Shown one piece after another: positions 18,685-24,117 of a stretch of DNA of 24,117 bases. Below the pieces are notes generated by a model that ran no database searches, was not told the DNA's origin, and saw nothing but the letters and a program-made list of their open reading frames with translations. Position 1 is the stretch's first letter. Every line of letters starts with the position of its first letter. The stretch comes from a virus. Taxonomy: Duplodnaviria; Caudoviricetes. Both the position numbers and the translations under genes were made by a program. The DNA lies in IMG/VR virus record IMGVR_UViG_3300044676_000026, positions 1 to 24,117 of that record. The stretch is one strand, 5' to 3'.

Positions 18685-18927
18685 TTATCCTAGCTTTGTT
18701 TTTTCTTCATCGTCAATACCTGTTTCAGGCGATAACCTAGTATCAGCTAACAACATACGACTGCCACCTCTCGCAGAAGCACGTCTTTTTGCTGCCATTT
18801 TCTCACTAAGATCCCGTCTTTCTTTTTCGCTTTGCATACGCATTCTTTCTGTTTCTTGTCTTTGTTGTTCTATCTGCGCCATAGCAGCAGAGTTATCTGG
18901 CTTTGAGCCACCTACTATTCCACCCAT
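18685..18927 (-). CDS. Small virion-associated protein (T7 gp6.7/7.3-like position)
   Basis: MGGIVGGSKP start, charged coiled-coil, RGGSRMLL motif and KLG end. GAGGAG SD. Confidence 0.65.
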   Translation of the reverse strand: MGGIVGGSKPDNSAAMAQIEQQRQETERMRMQSEKERRDLSEKMAAKRRASARGGSRMLLADTRLSPETGIDDEEKTKLG

Positions 18928-19418
18928 TACTTTCTCCTCATAATTAAAGTATCTTCTTTGTCTGCGCTATATTCTTTCATCAAACCTTCCGACACGAAAC
19001 CTAAACAATGTGCCCATGCTACGGCACGTTTATCTTTTGATACTACTGTAATTTGCAATCTATGTAAAGAAAACAATATCTCTACGATATCAAAAAAAGA
19101 AAATGCGCCTTTAGTCATAGCTAATGGGTATCGTTTAGCTTTCTCATCGAATAAAGACCACGCCTCACCAACCCCATTCCAAAGAATGACACAACCAAAA
19201 ATAGCGATAGGGTAATTATTAAGCAATGCAGTAACAGCTGGACCAGTTTTAGACTGGTGATTAGTATGCCGTTTTCTATCTTGTTCCGATAATTGTGAAA
19301 CCCCATAAACATGCAATCCTTTAAATTTTTCTATATGGTCTGGATGATAGTTCTTATATGTAACACCTTTTACTTTAGGCATGTATTTATTTAAGTGTTC
19401 TTGCTCAATCAAAAACAT
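18927..19418 (-). CDS. GNAT-fold acetyltransferase-like protein
   Basis: IAIFG..LWNGVGEAW...LHRLQITV...AVAWAHCLGFVSEGLMKEY pattern. Start uncertain (19418 ATG, 19427 GTG or a later Met). Confidence 0.7.
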   Translation of the reverse strand: MFLIEQEHLNKYMPKVKGVTYKNYHPDHIEKFKGLHVYGVSQLSEQDRKRHTNHQSKTGPAVTALLNNYPIAIFGCVILWNGVGEAWSLFDEKAKRYPLAMTKGAFSFFDIVEILFSLHRLQITVVSKDKRAVAWAHCLGFVSEGLMKEYSADKEDTLIMRRK

Positions 19419-20961
19419 TAAAATCACTTTTAGCTAAAGTAGGTGCTATTAATGTACTTGCTTGTAGTGGGCTTTTAGTCATACGTCTGTGTTCACCACC
19501 ACCCAACATTAAATAACCAAAAGCATCCCCAATGTGTGAGTGTTCGTTTTTATTTGGGCTATCTTTAAATCTTTCATGTCCTGCACCCACAGCAATACGT
19601 TTAAAATGATAACCACCAGATAATGACTTTCTTAATAGTTTACATCTTGTATGTATTATTAATCCGGGCTTACCTTCTATTAATCTTTGCATTGGCGCTG
19701 CTGCCCCTTCTCGCCTTACTCTAAAATTGTTTGATGCAGTAGGCTGCGCTTTTAATCCTAGTGTTCGTAAATAATCAAATGCCGTTACTTCATAGATTGC
19801 ATCTCGCTGCATACCAGCAGGATCGCCCCATACTAATATTTGTGCCTTAGGATACTTAGCATTTATTTCTCCTAGCAACTGCTGACCAAATCTTTCTAAC
19901 CCCATGTCTTCAGTTACTATTTCTTCTAATATAATCCATCTGTTATTAGACAGTTTCTGGCCAATTGCTGCCGCTGGTGTTAGACCAAAGTCAAGGCCTA
20001 TATGTATAGGTTGTGAAGGATCGTATTCTACATCTAATGAACTCATTAAATGATCGTCATACTCAGGCCATACTGGTTTACCTTCTTGTACATAGGTGTA
20101 TCGACCTTCTGCGTAACAACGTACCCAATCTAAATTTTTACCACCTAACATTTGTGAGTAATAACCAGAAGGTAAGTTCTTTACATTTTCCGCTTTTACA
20201 TTTAATTTCCACCATCGACCACTAGCAAATATATGATCGTTAGCTTCTGGATTTTCTGGCAACTCCTCTAGGGGAACTTCTATAACACCCCCGGGTTGAC
20301 TAAAAAAGTCCCATCCCCATTTACCGGTAATAGGTTCCTTCTCTGCTAAACGATGCCACCAATGATCGTCATCCATTGGGTTGGTATCCATCCATACTCC
20401 ATGCCATGTAGGACCGCCATCACGCTTAGTAGGATAACGACCCACACGATGAGTAAGCCCGTCAATAACTGCCTTAGGAAGTTCTCTAGCTTCATTTACC
20501 CACGCTCCTGTTAATTCAAGTGATAAAAGTTTTCGTACATCTTTAGGTTGGTCCAAGGCTAAAAATATGACCTCACAATCTATTCCAGCAGCATCTCCCC
20601 TAGAAGGAAGGCGTATATGGTGTGTGATGGGTGGGGTATATAACATTGGACCAAAAGTATTTTCAGGAAATAATTCCTGCCAAGTCTTTATTGTGGTAGT
20701 CTTAAGTTCTGGATACGAGTTTCGTACGATGACAAAACGGGTATAGCGAATGCCATCCTGTGGGGAAGGCTTTTGCTTAACGGCACGCATCATAATTTCA
20801 GCAGCACAAGCATATGATTTGCCTGACCCTACTGGCCCCATCAACCCCCTAACAAACTTATTGCTTTTTAAAAAGTTAAATACAACAGGACTTTTACTAA
20901 AATCTAAATCAATACCCGGGCCGGATAGTTGTTTATTACTACGGACTTTTTTATTGCTCAT
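19405..20961 (-). CDS. terL: Terminase large subunit
   Basis: Walker A GPVGSGKS, Walker B GAWVNE, motif C DTNP, and RNase H-like IGLDFG and HIGDAFGY. Confidence 0.95.
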   Translation of the reverse strand: MSNKKVRSNKQLSGPGIDLDFSKSPVVFNFLKSNKFVRGLMGPVGSGKSYACAAEIMMRAVKQKPSPQDGIRYTRFVIVRNSYPELKTTTIKTWQELFPENTFGPMLYTPPITHHIRLPSRGDAAGIDCEVIFLALDQPKDVRKLLSLELTGAWVNEARELPKAVIDGLTHRVGRYPTKRDGGPTWHGVWMDTNPMDDDHWWHRLAEKEPITGKWGWDFFSQPGGVIEVPLEELPENPEANDHIFASGRWWKLNVKAENVKNLPSGYYSQMLGGKNLDWVRCYAEGRYTYVQEGKPVWPEYDDHLMSSLDVEYDPSQPIHIGLDFGLTPAAAIGQKLSNNRWIILEEIVTEDMGLERFGQQLLGEINAKYPKAQILVWGDPAGMQRDAIYEVTAFDYLRTLGLKAQPTASNNFRVRREGAAAPMQRLIEGKPGLIIHTRCKLLRKSLSGGYHFKRIAVGAGHERFKDSPNKNEHSHIGDAFGYLMLGGGEHRRMTKSPLQASTLIAPTLAKSDFNVFD

Positions 20962-21112
20962 CGTCTATATCTTTGAACTTCATTGTCAGCATACGTTTGA
21001 GTTCTTGATTCTCTGTATACAAAATATCAATAACTTCCATAACCCTTGAGTTGTTTTGATTTGCCATCTCAAACTCTTTACGCAGTTGATCAATCTGTAA
21101 CTTGATGTCCAT
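20951..21112 (-). CDS. Small coiled-coil hypothetical protein, 53 aa (below the ORF-track cutoff)
   Basis: MDIKLQIDQLRKEFEMANQNNSRVMEVIDILYTENQELKRMLTMKFKDIDDEQ. GGAG SD. Fills the gap between DUF3310 and terL. Confidence 0.75.
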   Translation of the reverse strand: MDIKLQIDQLRKEFEMANQNNSRVMEVIDILYTENQELKRMLTMKFKDIDDEQ

Positions 21113-21356
21113 GTTCTTTTCTCCATTGCTTCCAAAGTTGTAAAGTATGTATTGCCTTATCTATATCTTCGTCACCATTACCTTTTAGATCTACCCTTGT
21201 TACATACTTAACAATTGTATGTTGCATAGGGTTAAGTTGATTAGCCATAGAAAATTCCATCGGCTGTATCTTCATCTTAGTGTAATGATCTCCTCCTACT
21301 TGAGAATTAAATGATAAAGGTTTAAATTCTTTATAAGATACTTTTGGCTTACTCAC
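21090..21356 (-). CDS. DUF3310 family protein (related to T7 gp1.7 nucleotide kinase)
   Basis: QVGGDHY..MKIQP.EF...IVKYVTR...KG...DIDKAIH signature. GTG start assumed (TTG at 21362 is the alternative). Confidence 0.85.
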   Translation of the reverse strand: MSKPKVSYKEFKPLSFNSQVGGDHYTKMKIQPMEFSMANQLNPMQHTIVKYVTRVDLKGNGDEDIDKAIHTLQLWKQWRKEHGHQVTD

Positions 21357-21762
21357 TATCAATTATCTCCGGTGCTTTAATATTAATACCAATCACACTT
21401 GGTTTATCGGACTCTTCTGGATTATCTAACATACCACTTGCTTTTGCTAATATCCTCAATATAGCAGGTTTATCCCAAAATTCTATAGCTATATCTCCAT
21501 CTTGGTTTACTTTAATAGATTTTATTGCTTGCAATGCATGCTCAGGAATATCTTTGCTGGCTTTTACTTGTACTTTTCCAGTATCATCCCATTCCATAAC
21601 ATCACTAATTTTAGTGTTGGCTATAGATAAAAGGCTGTACGCGACAGCCTCTCTATTAGCAGCAAGTGTTGTGCTGCGCTCTAAGTTTTTTTGTAACGTC
21701 TTAACACCCCCATATCCAGCAAGACTAGGTATAGGTTTGTTTTTATTTTTTGCTTCACTCAT
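21349..21762 (-). CDS. terS: Terminase small subunit
   Basis: SIANTKISDVMEWD...IPEHALQAIKSIKV...IEFWDKPAILRILAKASGML resembles TerS oligomerisation regions. Lies upstream of terL. Confidence 0.7.
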   Translation of the reverse strand: MSEAKNKNKPIPSLAGYGGVKTLQKNLERSTTLAANREAVAYSLLSIANTKISDVMEWDDTGKVQVKASKDIPEHALQAIKSIKVNQDGDIAIEFWDKPAILRILAKASGMLDNPEESDKPSVIGINIKAPEIIDSE

Positions 21763-22070
21763 TAAAAGGGTAGATCGTCCTCAAGTTCGTTAAAGGATTC
21801 AGCCACAGGTTTACTCGCCGGCTGCGTATTTTGTACTGGTGCGGATGGTTTAGCACCGGAACTCTCTCCAACAGGATTACCCATCTTAAATTTAAGCCAT
21901 CGTTTTCCAGTAGCTTGCGAAGTGTTTTCATAGATATTAACGTATCTGATAACCCCGTCTGCACACAGAAGTTGTCCTTGAAAATCGGCATGCCAATCTT
22001 CTGTTTTTTCCTGTATAAAAGCTTTTCCTTCCGCGCCTTCTTTTAGTTCTAGTTTATTCGGTTGTTCCAT
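21762..22070 (-). CDS. Putative single-stranded DNA-binding protein
   Basis: Short beta-rich core, Pro/Ala linker and acidic ELEDDLPF tail like the bacterial SSB C-terminus. Start ATG 22070 has AGGAG SD. Confidence 0.65.
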   Translation of the reverse strand: MEQPNKLELKEGAEGKAFIQEKTEDWHADFQGQLLCADGVIRYVNIYENTSQATGKRWLKFKMGNPVGESSGAKPSAPVQNTQPASKPVAESFNELEDDLPF

Positions 22071-22437
22071 GTTCTTCTCCTTTAAAGTCATATAAATATA
22101 TTATAGCCGCGCCTTTTGGTACCGCCTCGCCTCTAGCAATTTCAATAAAATCTATTTGACTATCATCATTATACATGCCAGCTTTCATGAGTGCATCAAG
22201 TATAGCCTTTAAAGTATTATCTAGATCAAACTTTCTTTTAGACCTAGGATGAATCATCACGCTAATAGCAATTCGATTTTCGCCAAATGACTTGGCCCTA
22301 CTTTGTTTAACAATAAGATCAACTTCCTTGGTAAATGCAACCCCTTCCTTACTAATAAATCTACGATGGCCATTAGCGCGCCAGTAACTATTAACACTAG
22401 GAGGGTAAGGCAGTTCTAATCTTACGGTTGGTTTCAT
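22054..22437 (-). CDS. rusA: RusA-family Holliday junction resolvase
   Basis: LPYPPSVNSYWR, DLDNTLKAILDAL and DDSQI motifs. Confidence 0.92.
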   Translation of the reverse strand: MKPTVRLELPYPPSVNSYWRANGHRRFISKEGVAFTKEVDLIVKQSRAKSFGENRIAISVMIHPRSKRKFDLDNTLKAILDALMKAGMYNDDSQIDFIEIARGEAVPKGAAIIYLYDFKGEEHGTTE

Positions 22438-22595
22438 AACTTGTTTAACCTGCTATCAATGTCTTTAGTTAAATAAGCTTTGATCGATTCATTAATTAAA
22501 GCGGCTTTTGTTTTTTCCTCTCGCTTACTTGCCTTAGCTAGTAAATTAACACTTTGTGGGGTTAGTCTAACTAGAAATGGTTTTAAATCACTCAT
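22434..22595 (-). CDS. Ribbon-helix-helix (Arc/CopG-like) DNA-binding protein, 53 aa (below the ORF-track cutoff)
   Basis: MSDLKPFLVRLTPQSVNLLAKASKREEKTKAALINESIKAYLTKDIDSRLNKL: a beta-strand (FLVRL) plus two helices. AAGGAGG SD and ATGA overlaps on both sides. Confidence 0.8.
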   Translation of the reverse strand: MSDLKPFLVRLTPQSVNLLAKASKREEKTKAALINESIKAYLTKDIDSRLNKL

Positions 22596-22870
22596 GCTGC
22601 CTCCTTAGAGTAAGATGGTCTTACATATTTAGAATTCATAAGTATATTTGTTTTATAAAGTCTCCAAGATTTCATATCTTGTATGTGAACTAACTTGCTA
22701 TGAGTTTCGCTTCCATCCATAAAACTAAATATTTGGCAAATGTAATATTCTTCAGTTACCTTTCCTTCAATACATCCTTGGTTTTCTATTTCTAATTCGT
22801 TAATTTTCTGATTATATTTATAAGTATGAAAATACTGTCCAACTAATTTTTGTACTTTAAAATCACTCAT
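22592..22870 (-). CDS. Hypothetical protein
   Basis: 92-aa ORF with AAGGAG SD, tightly packed in the operon. Confidence 0.7.
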   Translation of the reverse strand: MSDFKVQKLVGQYFHTYKYNQKINELEIENQGCIEGKVTEEYYICQIFSFMDGSETHSKLVHIQDMKSWRLYKTNILMNSKYVRPSYSKEAA

Positions 22871-22871
22871 G

Positions 22872-23096
22872 CTAATCTCCTTTGTATTTATTAATAATCT
22901 TTTTACTTCTTGGCTGTTGCTTCTTCTTTTTCTTTAGTTGTTTTGCTTCTTTATCGTACCTCAACGCTTGTGCTAGGGAGTGGAGAGAGACTAACCGACC
23001 ACCATTGAAAAACCCCTTAGTCATTTTCCAATACCCATCTGCTCTCGTCCACTTATACTCTAAGTTGTTACCATTGTTAAACTCATCGCATATCAT
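22872..23096 (-). CDS. Hypothetical protein with basic C-terminus
   Basis: 74-aa ORF in operon orientation that fills the gap. Confidence 0.6.
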   Translation of the reverse strand: MICDEFNNGNNLEYKWTRADGYWKMTKGFFNGGRLVSLHSLAQALRYDKEAKQLKKKKKQQPRSKKIINKYKGD

Positions 23097-23109
23097 ATGG
23101 TAAAACTCT

Positions 23110-23394
23110 TTAAGCTTCAGTACAATTCCTTTTTACTTTACAGACATCATGAGAATCAATATATCTTATAGTTCTATTCTTCATGTCTCTATTAATAATC
23201 TGTGTATCTTTCGGTAGGTGTATATATTCTTTTTGCAAACATCTATATTCCATTGCAACTTTATTTGGATCTGGATAATATAAGCCTAAATAAATGACCG
23301 CCTCTTGGCACGAGTTAAAATGTCCAACATACTCCCATTCAGAAAATGGCTCAGGCATTAAATTAATTACCATTACAAATGCAAACTCAATCAT
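23110..23394 (-). CDS. Hypothetical Cys-containing protein
   Basis: 94 aa, AAGGAG SD, TAATG overlap with the upstream gene. Confidence 0.7.
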   Translation of the reverse strand: MIEFAFVMVINLMPEPFSEWEYVGHFNSCQEAVIYLGLYYPDPNKVAMEYRCLQKEYIHLPKDTQIINRDMKNRTIRYIDSHDVCKVKRNCTEA

Positions 23395-23567
23395 TATTTA
23401 TTTTCTCCTTTGCCATCTTTTTCACTCCAATAGATGTTTAGTATTGTTTTACACTTTGGGCAGCTATATTGACTCCATACTAAATATTGACCATCTATGT
23501 CATCATCATTATCCCAATCGTTTCCCCATATCATTTCTACATTTTTACATTTAGGACAATTAATCAT
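23394..23567 (-). CDS. Zn-ribbon protein, 57 aa (below the ORF-track cutoff), probably leaderless
   Basis: MINCPKCKNVEMIWGNDWDNDDDIDGQYLVWSQYSCPKCKTILNIYWSEKDGKGENK, with two CPKC motifs. Confidence 0.8.
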   Translation of the reverse strand: MINCPKCKNVEMIWGNDWDNDDDIDGQYLVWSQYSCPKCKTILNIYWSEKDGKGENK

Positions 23568-23573
23568 ATTTTA

Positions 23574-23601
23574 AGTATATCTTATAGATACCCTGTGTCA
23601 A
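23574..23601 (-). promoter_or_regulatory. Leftward sigma70-type promoter
   Basis: TTGACA (23601-23596), 16-bp spacer, TATACT (23579-23574). Confidence 0.8.
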
Positions 23602-23605
23602 GCAC

Positions 23606-23634
23606 TTGCATTAAAAATAGTTTAGTAGTATACT
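23606..23634 (+). promoter_or_regulatory. Rightward sigma70-type promoter
   Basis: TTGCAT (23606-23611), 17-bp spacer, TATACT (23629-23634). Confidence 0.75.
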
Positions 23635-23640
23635 TTTTTA

Positions 23641-23884
23641 TACGGGACCATAACCCAGTCCACCGGCGGTAGAGCATGACCAATGGTATAAACGAGTTGA
23701 ATCAGGGGTATCTTTAATCGGGTACAGTACTCTGGGTATGTAATTAGACACTACATATAAACAAGATAAACGAGAATGCTCACACTCTTTGTGTTTTTTC
23801 CTGTTCTTTTAACGGGTGAGATTCTAATTGTCTATAGAAACACACATGTGGTAACAGGTTGCACTTACCGGTTTAACCTTTTTT
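23641..23884 (+). ncRNA. Candidate structured non-coding RNA of unknown family
   Basis: Begins ~7 nt after the -10 box, has no credible ORF, contains several stems and two loop-distal pairings, and ends in a hairpin plus U6. Confidence 0.55.
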
Positions 23885-23913
23885 ATAAAAAAAAGTAAAG
23901 CAGAAAAGCCCAG

Positions 23914-24099
23914 ATGTCCATAACTCCATGTAAAAACTTATGTCGGTATGTAGAAGTCAAGCATCTTGACGAACCTATGTGTCAAAGTTGCGGTAGAACT
24001 TATAGTGATCTTGATAACTGGGGTTACTTAAGTACTGCTGAAAAACGAAAGCGCATCCGTGTAGCAAAAGATAATTTGAAAAAGCAAGCAAAAATTTGA
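23914..24099 (+). CDS. DUF1289 family (predicted Fe-S/metal-binding) protein
   Basis: TPCxxxC...CxxCGRTxxDLxxW...STAEKR signature. No clear SD. Confidence 0.8.
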   Translation: MSITPCKNLCRYVEVKHLDEPMCQSCGRTYSDLDNWGYLSTAEKRKRIRVAKDNLKKQAKI

Positions 24100-24117
24100 G
24101 TGAGGGGGGTGTGGGTG

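Noticed and set aside
21755-21991. Out-of-frame minus ORF inside the SSB-like gene (also 1693-1896, 4353-4562 and 19121-19312)
   Set aside because: No convincing SD or codon-usage shift noticed, unlike 5252-5515.
23641-23884. tRNA, hammerhead or self-splicing intron identity for the non-coding element
   Set aside because: No cloverleaf with T-loop, no CUGAUGA/GAAA core and no group I/II signature seen by eye.
1-24117. Stop-codon reassignment
   Set aside because: Genes are full length under the standard code, and TAA, TAG and TGA all serve as stops.

Overview
AT-rich double-stranded DNA phage segment containing the morphogenesis module of a podovirus whose gene set and order resemble Bordetella BPP-1 and pelagiphage HTVC010P-type phages (family resemblance recalled from sequence, not searched). 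Almost all genes are on the minus strand and transcribed right to left: a back-to-back sigma70-type promoter pair at ~23.6 kb, a Zn-ribbon protein, small hypotheticals, a ribbon-helix-helix regulator, RusA, an SSB-like protein, TerS, DUF3310, TerL, a GNAT-fold protein, small basic proteins, a T4-type lysozyme, portal, Bbp19-like protein, scaffold, major capsid, a decoration-like protein, tail tubular proteins A and B, four internal virion (ejection) proteins, a repeat-rich tail fibre and an Mtd_N-type receptor-binding protein cut by the window edge. Best candidates for undescribed biology: (1) a promoter-driven ~245-nt structured, apparently pseudoknotted non-coding RNA at 23641-23884; (2) a nested out-of-frame ORF with its own SD inside a ParB-domain internal virion gene; (3) an 81-aa protein that looks like a four-strand outer-membrane beta-barrel subunit with a beta-signal, abutting the lysozyme; (4) a structured 5' leader on the capsid mRNA. 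All RNA pairings were found by eye and all protein family calls come from motif recognition.
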